Shown: positions 24,055-36,680, counted from the whole stretch's first letter. The stretch: DNA of 57,852 bases, filler included, from Sphacelaria rigidula (GCA_964200075.2; 8 parts of 8 records of this genome joined end to end with filler, not necessarily neighbours in it), one strand, 5' to 3'. Program-made: numbers and translations. Notes: a model not told the origin generated them from the sequence alone.

Positions 24055-25289
24055 GCCCCCCTGTTCACAGCTCAGTCGTGACCTGAAAACCTATACCGTT
24101 GAAAACTGGAAAGGACAAACAACAACCTGACACAAAAGTAAAAGCGTCTTCAGCCATGCTTAAACTCCACTAATATATCATATAAGAAGCTCAATTTGCC
24201 CAGATAACAGTACCTCCTGTATTTTACGCACCCCTAAACCTTTATCACTCTCCCCTTCACGGGAATATATTTTGAGTAAATCTGAAGTCGGAAAAGGTTC
24301 ACATCATCAAATCTTTCGACCCCCTGACGTTTGTGACCATAACCGTTCTTTGGAAACTTTTGCATCCACTCCAAAAACTAAACACAGACGAAGAAGTGAA
24401 TCAAACTACGTTAGCATCTCGGTGATACTAGAAAATGAGGTTGATACGATCAAACTCCAACTGAACTACGGTCGATACGATACAGTTCAAAAGGGTCTGT
24501 CCAAGATTTATACGTGAAATAGAAGTCTTGAGTCTGAATGTTTAAATATTCTAGGCCCACGCCAGATTTTCTACGCAAAATGATGCTCAATAAATCCTAA
24601 AATGCCCAGGGAAGAATGACAATCATCAACTGCAGGAAGTCTGATGTCCTGTCAGATAAATCACCACTACTGCCAGGCAGTAGTCGCATAAACGCATCCT
24701 CATTCATAACCGATAAATCTAAAACCTTATTTAGAATAAAAATCATGCAAAGTATAAACTTGCTGATAAGCTGGAGCTGTCAACATCTATTTCCGGCCTC
24801 TGCATCTCTCCTCCGGTCAAAAGCCTCGAATCCATCTCGGTGCTCCATTCTAATCAATTTTCTTCTCCGTATTTCAATGCCATTTTCGTGCCCCCCCCTG
24901 ATTCCTTGGCTGTCCGTACTCGACCACATGGGGGCCCCTACGCGCTCCCCTGCTCAATTTGACCAGCACCGCACCATGCGTGAAGATATATTCGCCGGCA
25001 GAGCCGGTGGTAGCGGCAGCGGCTGTGGTGTTGTCAGGGATGATGAAGGGATTGGGAATGAAGAAGGTTGTCGCGTGTGGTGCAACCGCGGGACTGTTGA
25101 AGCGGAAAAAGGAAGTGTAGCTGCGGTAGTAGATGGTAAACATGGCGGTATTTGGGGCCTTGAGTCTCGCCCGTAGTCGGACCCTGTGTTCATTTCCACT
25201 TGGCGTCGCGCGTCGAGTTGGAAGGCCGGGTGCCACCCCCTGAAGTCCGAACGGCCATCTGCGGCACTGGATCTTCTGAGGTTAAGCAG

Positions 25290-25490
25290 ATGTGTTATCT
25301 TTCTCCTTTATTATTTTCCCCTGTTTTCTGCTTGTATCGCGTTTTGTGAGTTTTAATCTGGGTCTATTTTGTTTTTTTGGTTCTTCGCTAGCCTGTGACC
25401 ACGGAAGGCGTCCGCATCAGATGCCCAGTACGAATGTACCACGCAGATATNNNNNNNNNNGCAGATATCGGAACGGTTTTTAATGCGAAG

Positions 25491-25524
<34 letters not shown>

Positions 25525-25525
25525 C
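25290..25525 (+). mobile_element. LINE 3' end with (CAA)n tail inserted in the LTR element (5' limit uncertain)
   Basis: T-rich 3' UTR, TGTGACCACGG, GGAACGG..TAATG, then a (CAA)n tract. Similar end at ~40400-40851. Confidence 0.6.
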
Positions 25526-25764
25526 CACGGTGATGCGGCAACGGAGAAAGGTGACGGTAGGTGTCGGTGTATCAGCGGCGTTGGCGACGCGATCAATGTT
25601 GCTCCCCCTTGGTGATGTCCATTTCTCGTTGTGGTTGGCCGTCCGTGGAGGGTCGTCCGTTGGGTATCAGTGACATCTCCCTTCTCTCCCCCTCACTCAA
25701 ATCCACACAATACTTGAAAACCGAGTACAAGAATAATTGCGGAAAGTTTGATCGACACCCACAG

Positions 25765-26140
25765 GCTGTGGGGTAGAGGCAGAATTCGGGGGGATCTTAC
25801 CGAAACTCGCTCGCTGTGGAATGGAATCCGAAGCCAGAGAAAATTCACGGACACTTGCTCGCTGTGGAATGGAAGCAGTAGCAGAGGGAACCTTACTGAC
25901 ACTAACCCGCTGTGGAGCAGAGGCGAAATCGGGGGGAATATCACGGACACTAAATCGCTGTGGAGCAGAAGCAGAATCTGGAGGAATATTACGGACACTA
26001 GCTCGCTGTGGAGCAGAAGCAGAATCAGGGGGAATCACACTGACACTCACTCGCTGTGGAGCAGAAGCTAAATCCGGGGGAATCATACTGGCACTCACTC
26101 CTTGTGGAATGGAAGCAGAGTTTGGGGGAATCGTACTGAT
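25765..26140. repeat. 48-bp tandem repeat, ~8 units, inside the LTR element
   Basis: GCTGTGG recurs at 25765, 25813, 25861, 25909, 25957, 26005 and 26053 (variant near 26101). Minus strand reads (PPDSASAPQRxSVxxI)n. Confidence 0.9.
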
Positions 26141-28505
26141 ATTTGATGCTGTGAGATGGATGCAGTATCAATCTCAGTGGTAGCAACAGGGGTTGCTGAT
26201 GGAATCTGTCCGTATGTCGATGGTAGGTATGTGGCGAATTGTGATGAAGCACGCTCATTGTAGTCGAAACGTAGCTTGCCGTCGAAAAGGTGTACACCTT
26301 TTGCTTCGCAGATTACTCGTCGGCTCTTTTGCGCGCGGTGAACAGAGAACAAATCAAACTGAATCCCTTCCAATACATACGCGTCCGTGAGCAGTACACT
26401 AGTCTCTTCAGTAGCTGGGGAGGTGTCGTCACATGATGAATGAAATCTCAACTTGAGACTCCCGACTGCTTTGACCGGTAGCACTTTGCCATTCCCTAGA
26501 ACAACATTTTCTTTCCCCACTGGGGGAGGACGGGTATCGAAAACTTCGGCCATGCTGCCTGTGGTGTGGTGCGATGTACCCGAGTCTATAATCCATTGTT
26601 CTGAATCAGAAACAGGCGGAGATTGCGACTGATGCAACATCCTATCCTTCACATTAAAATTACCCGAACTAAAAACTGACTTTTCTGGGCAGGCAGAAAG
26701 CGCCATGTACATATTACCACCAGGGCTAGAGCATGCGGCAGCTCGGCAGTAGACGTTGGATGGGGGGTTACCGGATGGGAATGTGGATCGGATGACTCGT
26801 AGTGATAAAGTAAGAGTATGGCGGTGGTTGTGCATCGGAGGAGGGATCATGGTGGAATTGATCGGGCGGTAGAGTTGGTCATGGGTGACATACCGGTGGT
26901 GATGCAGCTGAGGAATGATACAGACAGTTGTCTGTTGCTTGGTTAGTTGGTGGATAGTCATAGGATGACGGGGGTGATGTGTAGCAGGGGAGATGTTCGG
27001 TGTTGGGGATGAGTTGCGGCTGCAGTTGATGTTGAGGGGTATAATACAATACGGTGTGGGCAAAACCGGCATCGTTGAAAGCGTTGTCCTCATAGACGAA
27101 GTTATCGACGCTCTCATGATGCTGCTGGGCGGTATCGGTTTGCAGAACGGTATTGGCGTGAGGTGGATGGGATGGCTGTTGACATGGTGTTGTGGATGTG
27201 GGTTGTAGGATGATGACGTGTGGTTTGATTGGTGTTGGTGTTGCAGGTGTTGGTGGTGGGTTGAGTCCTGATTACCCGAAAAACTGTCGTTATCTGGGCC
27301 TGTGTTCGTTGGTTGGTGGATGCTGTGCTGGCGAGGAGGGCAGTTGGGGCAGTTGAATGGACAACGAATCTGGTAGGTTCGTTGATTGGGCTGGAGTACC
27401 ATACCACGGCCCGGTCCCGACCGGTTCCACGGACTGTGTGGTCGCCATTGCTGCTATTGTCTCGGGGAATACCACCCCCTCGACCACCATGACCACCACT
27501 GAAGTGTTGCTGTGAACCATGATGAGAATGGAAACTGGATTGTTGTGGGGATTTTGTGCGGTGTGGAGGGAAGTGGGATTGATGTGTGCAGTTGGAGCGC
27601 AACTGGGGTGGGTTGTGGTGGTTGTATTGTTATTGGGAATTGTGGGGTCGTCGCCCCCCCCCGTTCTGCCGTCTGGCTGGTGAACCATGACCCCCTCTAC
27701 CATTACCACTATTAGCGGGAAGTGCATGGTTCAAGGTTGTCTCTTTCCTCTCTTTTGACAACTGTGATTCAGCATAAGCGTTTCCAAGATGGTGGTTCAC
27801 GTCCTCTGTGCTAATCTCACGTTTTGCCAATACAGCCCTACGCTCGTGCTCGTATTTTGACGAAAGGCATCGAACAATATGTCTGTTCGCCTCCGAGTCC
27901 TAGAGAACAACATTAAACTCTGTGCGTTTCGTGCGAATAAACTCTGCCCGCGAGAGAAAATTCATCGGTAGTTCTCCGTCAGCCATCTGCAACGTTTGCC
28001 ATTAGTACTCCAACTTGGCTTTTTCCGTGACTGGTGATGACCTGTAGTAGTTGACTATGTAATCCCATGCTGACTTCTTAGCTTTATCGACAGCTACGTT
28101 ACCGAAATGTGCTCTCAAATTACCATCGTTTTCACGATGTACTCTGATGGGGCTGTTGGTTTCCTACGCGTCATTGTACTCTTCGTCCTTGAAAGACGCA
28201 CACATCGAGATGTAGAACACGTCAAATCTGTCCCTTGCATTCGTGGATGTTGCAGCTTTTTCACCCCAAGGTGGTATGCTTTTATTGCTGCGAACACGGT
28301 GGTAATGGGGGGTGTGGAGCGGTGCTTGCGGTGCTGTAGTAGCAGGCATCACCGGGGTACTGTTCATCGTCCGCTTTATTTTATTCAACTCTTCAGTTAC
28401 ATGTCTTAATTCGTCTGCCATAGCCATAGGGTCCTGGTATTTCGTCATATTATCCTTACTCTGTACTTGATCACTAATCGACGTCCTCCTAAAACCTCTC
28501 TTCAC
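26095..28505 (-). pseudogene. Copia gag (UBN2/Retrotran_gag_2-like) and aspartic protease, disrupted
   Basis: SAWDYIVNYY...AKLEY*WQTLQMADGELPMNFLSRAE...HIVRCLSSKYEHER, then a His/Gln/Pro-rich linker, then WIIDSGTSHH...VVLGNGKVLPVKAVGSLKL...LLTDAYVLEGIQFDLFSV. At least 4 in-frame stops and a frameshift. Confidence 0.88.
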
Positions 28506-29439
28506 CCTCTTTGAAACTTAGTCAAATTATCAACCTTGCTCGACCGTCACTTGAACCTGAAAACTCTCATACGTCTCTCTCGGAACCTCTTCGACTCAAA
28601 CTCTCCTCGTGCTCAACCTCTCTCCAATTTCAAACCCTACTGCAAAGGCGACCACTCTCTTCCGCTAGTGTGAGAAACCGCTCCGATGCGGGGGGAGCCG
28701 TCCACACAACTCAAGCGTGCGTGAACGAAAGTCAGTGGCCTGGTTCAAGGCTGATAACAGTATTGTCAAGCGCTTTTATACTGTTCTTTGTTCAAACCCT
28801 GCTTACTCACTTAGTTTCCCTCAATCAATCTCACTCAGTCACTCAACAACTCACACTCAATCTCCCTCACTCATACCTNNNNNNNNNNNNNNNNNNNNNN
28901 NNNNNNNNNNNNNNNNNNNNNNTTAATTAATTAANNNNNNNNNNNNNNNNNNNNNNNNNNNNNNNNNNNNNNNNNNNNGTTGGCTACTTTCAACGACCAT
29001 TGACCACGCATCCCTTTCGAGACGGAGCATAACGGGGGGGGGGGGTATTTCGGGGCCTTTTCTTCCACGAAATTCCACTTCAATCGTCGTTGAAAGTAGC
29101 CAACAGTTGTTCGAACGCGCTTGCTCCCGATAAATGACGACCATTCATACTGCTTTCCACCGCTTTTACCCAAGTACAAGCGCACCGCGAGTGTTTTGGG
29201 GGCGTTTGAGGCATCTATGAGCACATTTTTTCGTGGAATTGAACACCCCCCCCCTATCGTACCAGATGGTGAGGCACCCATGAGGCAGTGTATGAGCCGT
29301 GGCTGTCTCTGCAAGTGGCGATACCACAGAATAAAGCAACTCATTGTAGGCTGCTCTCATCCAAATGCAAGATCATCAGTAGGCTTCGGGCCGAACAATG
29401 GATGCAGCTCACCCTTCATGCGACTCGCCGAACACACCA

Positions 29440-29578
29440 CGGCGCTTCGCGACTGGTGATTGAGTGCGAGCCTGGTCCGGCGAAAACCCGGCGTGCTCCG
29501 TCCCGGCTTTGTAGGGATGCGAGGTCAATGGTCAGATGGCTATGGCATGGATGATCATGAGTACACCCCCTGTCGTAC
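29440..29578 (+). mobile_element. Short structured dispersed element, type II (other copies ~2791-2925 - and 50710-50775 -)
   Basis: GCGAGCCT.GTCCGGCGAAAAC.CGGC.TGCTC.GTCCCG.CTT.GT.GGG.TGCG.GGTCAATGG...ATGAGTACACCCC. Shares its core and 3' end with type I. Confidence 0.8.
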
Positions 29579-32500
29579 CATGGCTCACCGCAAGCATCAA
29601 CCCATGCTATGGAGGTACCGACTGCAAAGCGGAGTAGAAGCGGTGCAGTAGGGTTCACATGCAGGAACCTCGTGACGCGCCAAAATATTGTGCAGCTGAA
29701 CCGTCCTGAGTGTATATTCCAACCAGGTGCGGTACTAGACAACCGAACGGCATGCAACAGGGTGTCCGGTTAAATGCCCTTGAGCCAGAAGAGTGAGCTT
29801 CAACTGAAGAAGCCTTTTTGACTGATTCGCGTACACAAGTATCGAACGCGCGTTCCTATTTCCGTTATTTCTACGAGAGAAAATGTGCCGGCCGGTGACC
29901 GGCAAAGACTGCATGACCGTGCGCGAGGTCTGGTTCTCTATGAGCACCCGCCCAACGATACCGTGGTGGTCTATCAGCTGAGTGACAGGGTCATCGAACG
30001 GCATGGTGCGGCCCGCGTTTGTGCAGTACAGAAGCCGTAGTAGAATACATCCGATGAAACGTTTTGGTCACTGGTGTGCGAAAACCGATTTCAAGAAAAA
30101 AAACGCCGCCAAAACAAATCTCACCATGGACAGCACAACGACACGCACGACTTACAGCGCGTTTTTACCTTTACACCAGCACGACCAATACATCACACCT
30201 ACATGTAGGCGTGTAGGAAACACGGCTGCAGCAAGTCTGCTGTATTGCGAGAACCCGCACAAGCTTTCCCTCCAAGCAAGCTGCACTGCGCTGTTCCAAA
30301 GCCAGTGCTATGATGTGAATTGTTACGTGAGCGAGGATCGCGTACTTGTATCATGCGCTTGGTTTCAGTATAACACTACGGTGTACATTATAGTAACCAG
30401 TGTAAGGCAGCAACACACCTGCTGCTGCCACCACTGCTGCTACTGCTGCTCTAGGCAGCACAAGGCCTTTACAGCAACTGAAACAGCGTAGCTCGCTGGA
30501 ACATTGTGAAAGCACGTTTCACTACGTTACTGTTTGTTTCGCTGAAAAAGACTGGTGCAACCTCATACCTTCATCTGCCTTCGCTCAACTGTAAGGGGGC
30601 AGGCTACCCTGTATCCCACAGCTGATACTACCTGTTTCGATGCGAAGTGCTCAATATATTCGTCAAGTCTCCTTTTCACCGGTTGCGATCTTCTGGTGCA
30701 TGCATCGGGGCACCCAACGTTCGCTCGGCAGCTCTATCCTATCGTATCGTACTGTACTGTACTGTCAACGAGTGCACGCGATACAAAAACTGTGAAAAAG
30801 TGAGAATTTCCAATGACAAGGAACAACCTTTTCGCCAGATAGAGTGTCTAGCATTCGATTGAGAATGAGTTCTATGATTCGCTCTGACTTTTTGAGGAAT
30901 GTTTTGTCTCATGTGTGTGTGTGTGTGTGTGTGTGTGTTTGTGTGCTTATGTGTATTTTGCCTACAAAATTGTTGTGTGCTTACATTCACACGTCGATAT
31001 ACTACTTGGGGGTATGAGAGGATTCAATGGCAAGCTACGACAAAACGCGTATAAGGCGTTGTAGAAGCCCTGGAGAGGCATTTCTGAGTCAACTTTTTTC
31101 AGGCCCTACTCCACCATTTGAGAAAATCTGGAGTTACAGATTCATGCTCATTGACAAGGCCGACGCAATGAACACATATTGGATTCATCCCACGACTCGA
31201 AGCTTCTATTCGAGCCGCTTCTCGACTGGCTCGGCGGAGTATTCTCCAAGAATCGCCAGTCGATAAATGGATTAGGCTTTCCGATTCCTTGATTTCTCAC
31301 ACTCAATGAAATGTAAGTACTTACTCTAGCGAAAACGTTGTTGAGAATGTGTCGAAGAGGATTCGGGCCAAAATATTGTTTTATGGACTTGAATGTATTT
31401 TTTCCCTTCTTGCTCCTCGAATCTTGTGAATAGCTGCAAAGTGCAGTAAACATAGGCCGCTTCTTGTCCGTATGGCACTAGTCTCCCAGAACAATGCCTC
31501 TCTCGGCAATTCGGCGCTGACCTTTTCCCGCAAGGGGACTTGGCAAATTAACCCACCTCGGAGAGATGCGCTCTAGTCTCGGAGAGAATCCCAGCACTCT
31601 TTTTAAATCTCTCACATAGTACACACAGTATGACATTTGGCCAAACACCCTCCAAGTTCTCCAAATATTTCCGAGAAGCCCACAGGAATGTGATGACTTC
31701 TTGGTTCGTAGTAGGACGACAAGCAGGACCCTTTCCATTGCACAAGTACTCCGGAGTGCGCGCCACACATGTTGCTTAGCCGTTTGCAAAACTTGAAAAT
31801 TTCTACCTAATTCATGAAAAAAGTGGACAGTTCCGTCTCCATTTTTTTGTGAGATTAAGAAAAAATTTATAAAAATTAAGAAATTGATTCCGCCGCATTT
31901 CTTGCGGGTATCATCACAGCGTGCACTCTGCGTACCACGAACTGCGGACCATGTGTGGCACGTTCGGTGTCTCATCACGTCGCATCACTATTGTGGCCGG
32001 GCATAAAAGCCTTCCAGCCAATGAACAAAGTCAGAATCGAGTTGGTTCAGTACTAGAACCTTACCTTGAAACGGAAAGCGGTGTGTGACTCTTTCCGACG
32101 CGTATAGCGGTTGACCATGCAGCACTACGCAGGCCGAGGGCGTCGTGCCGTGAGGAAGCGCACACTGTTCCGGTGCAGCACAGAGGTAGAGGCGTGAAGT
32201 GGTGCGAAAGCTTAGAGACTCCTATGGGCAGCGCATCGGACATACGAAGCCAGTGCACTGTGGTCTCTGTCTAAAAAAAGCAGCGAAACCATACTATTTT
32301 GCCAACATGATGGCAAATGGGGAAAAAAATTCCCGACACCGCCCAAGTCATGTAAGCTAATTAATTCGCCCGAGGTTTGAGAATTAGGACCGAAATGTTT
32401 ATAAGAGGTGCAAATCGGAAATTCCAACTCCATCACAAGCAGCATATCACTAGCAGCAGGGGGGGCTATTTGATATCATTTGATATTTTCCCGGGATGAG

Positions 32501-33379
32501 GACTGATACTCGTTTTCGGAAAATTCAGTCAAATGAACCTGACCAACCAGAAAAAAAGTAGCGATGACGTTTAAATGGTCAATTTTCACGTTGTCTCAGA
32601 ATCTCCAGGTTCTAACTTTCAAACCTCGAGTGAAAAAATAACGCCGGAGACGCTGTTTTGTCTCAACTGGTGATACCAGCCTGAATTCGAAATGTACCGC
32701 CGACAGATGGCGGAAACGCATCTGTTACCTGGGAATGAGCGTGTTACTGGTGAGTGTTGTTTGTTCCCTCGCGCGGTGGTATTGTTCACAAAACTCAGCG
32801 CACGTTCGTTCTGAAGATACACTATGTGCAAAAGTGCTGGTCATTGTGGGCTCGTGTATACAGTACGCTCCACATGCTCATGGAGGGCTATTATAGTGTC
32901 GCGAGAAAGTCGCACTATCGTGAACATAACACTTTCCATTGTCGGGTGGTTGTTGCGCGGTCTAGAGGCGAGTTAACATTTCCACTAGAGCCTGCTAGTC
33001 TTCGGTCCCCGACATCGTCAACACAGCCGGCTATATCAAGGGTCGTAGCTGATCGATTGGCGTGCTTCACGACGCCAACGGAAATCCACACGGCCAGTTT
33101 CCACGTCGCATTAGATGGCATCTCTCGCGATGTACGGCGTCGCCACATGTGAGCACAACCGCCAACACGAGGGCAACTTTGTTACCACCAAATGAGAAGC
33201 CGAAAGGCATAGACGTGTTGCCGGGAAGTGGTCGTGTTGCCAGCGGGCGCCGCTTTATCGCAGACGATATTGTAGGCAACACGTAGCACACCATCGTCCC
33301 GGCGATGTCTGCAGAAAGCCAGACACCTGTAGAGAGCGAGAAGATCGCACGACCTCAAGAAAATGGCCTGTGAATGCCG

Positions 33380-34010
33380 GGTGGGTGGTGCGTAATCTCA
33401 AGGAAAGTGCTAACATTTCCACTGGATCTATCTCTCTATTCAAAAACGGCCTTTCGAGTGCGTTCCCTCCATGGCGCCCCCAACGCAGTCGGCCATATCT
33501 CGAACCGTCGTTTGCTCGATCGGCGTGCTCAAGGCGCAAAACAGGGATCCACTTAGGCAGGGTACATGTCGCGTCAGACAACTGTCTCTCCGGGGGCTTT
33601 GTGGCACGCGTTTTCAGCATTACAGCAGACCAAGAAGCGATCTTGACTGGCAAAATCTGCATCGAAATGCACATGCCATGGAAAAATGACGGAGTTGCTG
33701 ACGAGTGATTATATTTTCCATCGCGTGGTGATTTCGCAGGCAGTACGCAGGGCACAGTTGTTCTGAAATGCGTACAGAACGTCTGAGGCATAATTAGCAT
33801 GCAGATACACGCGTCGTATGAAGTGGAGTTTCGTATCCCGGGAGGATCGCGCTACCGTAAGCATAACATGTGTCAATGAAGGGCGGGTGGTACGCAGTGT
33901 AAAAGGCGAGTGGTTCACCATATATCCACTGGATTTTCGTTTTCGAACGGCATTTGGAGTACCTTCGCTCCACAGCACCCTAAATGCAGTCGGCCATATC
34001 TTGCGATGAA
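33380..34010 (-). repeat. Diverged duplication (~33380-33505 and ~33880-34005) with conserved minus-strand peptide
   Basis: RYGRLRWGRHGGNALERPFLNREIDPVE...LRTTHPAFT versus RYGRLHLGCCGAKVLQMPFENENPVD...LRTTRPSLT. Confidence 0.55.
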
Positions 34011-36294
34011 GTCGATACCTTGGGGTGCCAACAGCGCAGACGGTGATTCACACAGCCAGAAGTGTACACAACGCATCAGACAACGTTTGTTGGGATGCAC
34101 GGTGTCGCAAATCGGAGCACATGAGCAAGGAAACTGGACGGACCGTCGAAAATGTATCATCGAGAAGTGGGCGTATTGCTGGCGGGTGATGTTCTCTCGC
34201 AGACGATCCACTGTAGGTCTACAGATAGCCAGGGATACGGCAGGCACGCAGTCACACTCATCATGTTCCGCGGAGACGTGTGTCGTGAGGTTGAAGCACC
34301 ACAGCAAACGCAAGACCAGAGCGGGCAGCGAAAATTGATCAGAACGCCTGCATTTAGGAGAATGAACATGTGATCAGCGGATGCTCTTTGTTCAATCGCC
34401 TGGCAATTCTGTAGAAAACATCCGATGTACCGTCGTTCCGCAGATATGTTCCGGAAGGCCGTGGTGTGGTTGGCGCGGAGATGCACGGGTTGCATTCGGC
34501 GGGGGGGGTTGTCGCTGTCGCCAACCTGACAGCTCAAACGAGCGGCCTGAAACGGCGTGTAGTGCGCGCACTCTCAATCAAGCGACACGGGGGAGAGAAG
34601 TCTTGATCCAGTTCGCTTTCAAGTTCGTCGTTATGCTCTGATCTGTGACACCGTGAATTCCGATAGACGCCGTCTGATGTGGGGTATAGAACGGCTGTGT
34701 GTGGGTCACTGTTGACGCTATAAGCACGCGATTGGATCAACTGTAGCACGAGATTCGACCGGCCGTGTTTAGAGTGCCGTGGAGCGCAGGTGTCCGTAAC
34801 CACGATTTAGATCAAGATCCCGAGGAAATGCTTGACCGTTTGCGTTTAGACTGCATCAGTGGGCCTTTTAGACTGGCAATTCCGACACCCATGCCACTCC
34901 ATGCCCCCACCCACCCCCCGTTGAGTGTCACATAATTGAAAAATTCAAGACCTAATAGAGTCACCGTCGTGATCAATCAAACCGATCTATGCACTCCTCC
35001 TGTCCCACTACATAGTACCATGAGCCCTCTGCTTCCGTTGCCCAACACCAGCCACTTTGACGGAGCACAAAGTCACAAAACACGAAGATCACTGATTGCC
35101 AGCTCCGCACCAAAACCAAACTCAGTACTGCGGCCAGGGGTAGCGCACATTACACCACGAGGTGGCACGATATACATTAACTTGATATTCGTCATCAGAA
35201 ACTACGCTCCAACGGAAGACTACCACACCAGGGAGCCCTCTAGTCTAAAATCAAGGCACCATGGCCTTTAAAGGTCAAATTCGGTCTGCTCAGGGGAGGG
35301 TGTTTACAGTGGTGGGGAGGAACTATCGAGGAACTATCCTCACGCCTGAGCGTTTCTGGTAATGCTCCAGTAGAGGGATGTCGGTTGGGCGAGTGCCGCA
35401 CTGGTCTACTCGGGTGTCGTCATGCTGCCACGTTCTCCTATCGAGACAACTCTTTATCCTGTAACAGAAATGGCGGGCCATTTCTGCTGATGAGGTTGTG
35501 AACAGTCACAACCATGTTCAAAAGCAATTTTTTGCCTCGAAACGTATGTCTCGATCAGACCGGCCTTGCACTCTCGTGCCATGAGCTTCGGACCACGTGT
35601 GGCGCGTGCGGCTTCCCATCGCACGTCGGGAATATGGCTCGGCACACACCATTCTAGTCCGTCGATAACGTCATGTACGAGGTGGTCCAGTACAAAAAAT
35701 AGCTCAATGCCAACAGGACTGTACAAGACAAGAGTTTGTTGGTGACTACCTGGTCAGAGACGGTAGGACTCGAGCATGTCCAAGCAGCAACTTGGTGCTG
35801 TACTCACTATAATCCCCATCATCTATATAAAATCTGAGGGATCATCACCGCTTGAAATGGGGGGTACGCCCTCAGGCCTCGTCTATTGGAGAGGGTACTT
35901 CCTGGCCTACAGTTTGTAGGACTTGAGGCCCTTGAGCAACATGAAGTGTTGTTACGCCTACATTTTCGTCACGTACTCTACCACACCAGCAAAGTCAACA
36001 CACGGTAAAGTAAGCAGACTCGATGAAACCTATTTGTAGTACTCCCCCGTGCCTCAACACGGCAGTACCCCCCTCCCCTCCCTAGCCTCGCCCGTTGGGC
36101 GGGAGGGGAGGGGGAGGGGGGGNNNNNNNNNNNNNNNNNNNNNNNNNNNNNNNNNNNNNNNNNNNNTTAATTAATTAANNNNNNNNNNNNNNNNNNNNNN
36201 NNNNNNNNNNNNNNNNNNNNNNGTGTGGGGGAAGCACTGTTTTAGGCTTGAGCCTCATCTCGAAGTTAAACCTCAATTCGCACAATTTGTTGTT

Positions 36295-36600
36295 ATACGT
36301 ACTTCATGTTCCATATGCCCGGGTTGCTACAGCCAACATACGGACTTGTGAACATGCACATTGTACCAGGGCCATACGGGTTAGCAGGTGAAGAGTACTA
36401 AAAACTGTTCATTGTATACTTCATTCGGATGCGCCGACAGTGCACATCTTCGGAAAACGTATGCAGCCCTACCGTGGAACCACTCGGAATAAAATATGCG
36501 TACTTCATGTTCCATATGCCAGGGCTGCTACAGCTAACGTCCGGACTTGTAAACATGCGTTGTACCCGGGCCATACACGTTAACAAGTGAGTGAGCTGAA
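36295..36600. repeat. Direct repeat of ~100 bp, copies ~200 bp apart
   Basis: CGTACTTCATGTTCCATATGCC.GGG.TGCTACAGC.AAC.T.CGGACTTGT.AACATGC at ~36298 and ~36499. Confidence 0.8.
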
Positions 36601-36680
36601 TACTATTTTCTTGGATAGTTGATCCGGATTTTGCATTCTTCATCCGGATCTTTCGGGTGCGGAAAAGGGTTTCTTGCACA

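Larger units (their letters stand above)
23578..28878 (-). mobile_element. Ty1/Copia-type LTR retroelement, non-autonomous (gag + protease only); 5' LTR cut by the scaffold end
   Basis: 3' LTR at 23578-24054 (TG...CA, 477 bp) with a purine tract AACAGGGGGGC just upstream on the minus strand. 5' LTR part at 28671-28878, 4 mismatches in 208 bp. Gag and protease motifs lie inside. Confidence 0.9.

Noticed and set aside
24060-25250. Integrase/RT/RNase H of the Copia element, or the 186-aa plus-strand ORF 24616-25176 as a gene
   Set aside because: No HHCC, DDE, YVDD or ADxxTK motifs were seen on the minus strand, and the plus ORF has no recognisable features.
25765-26140. 48-bp periodic array as a CRISPR
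   Set aside because: Whole units are homologous, there are no unique spacers or cas genes, and the context is a eukaryotic retroelement.
36223-36270. Second adapter remnant at the start of scaffold 6
   Set aside because: Only a vague resemblance to the reverse-complemented P5 sequence; too degenerate to call.
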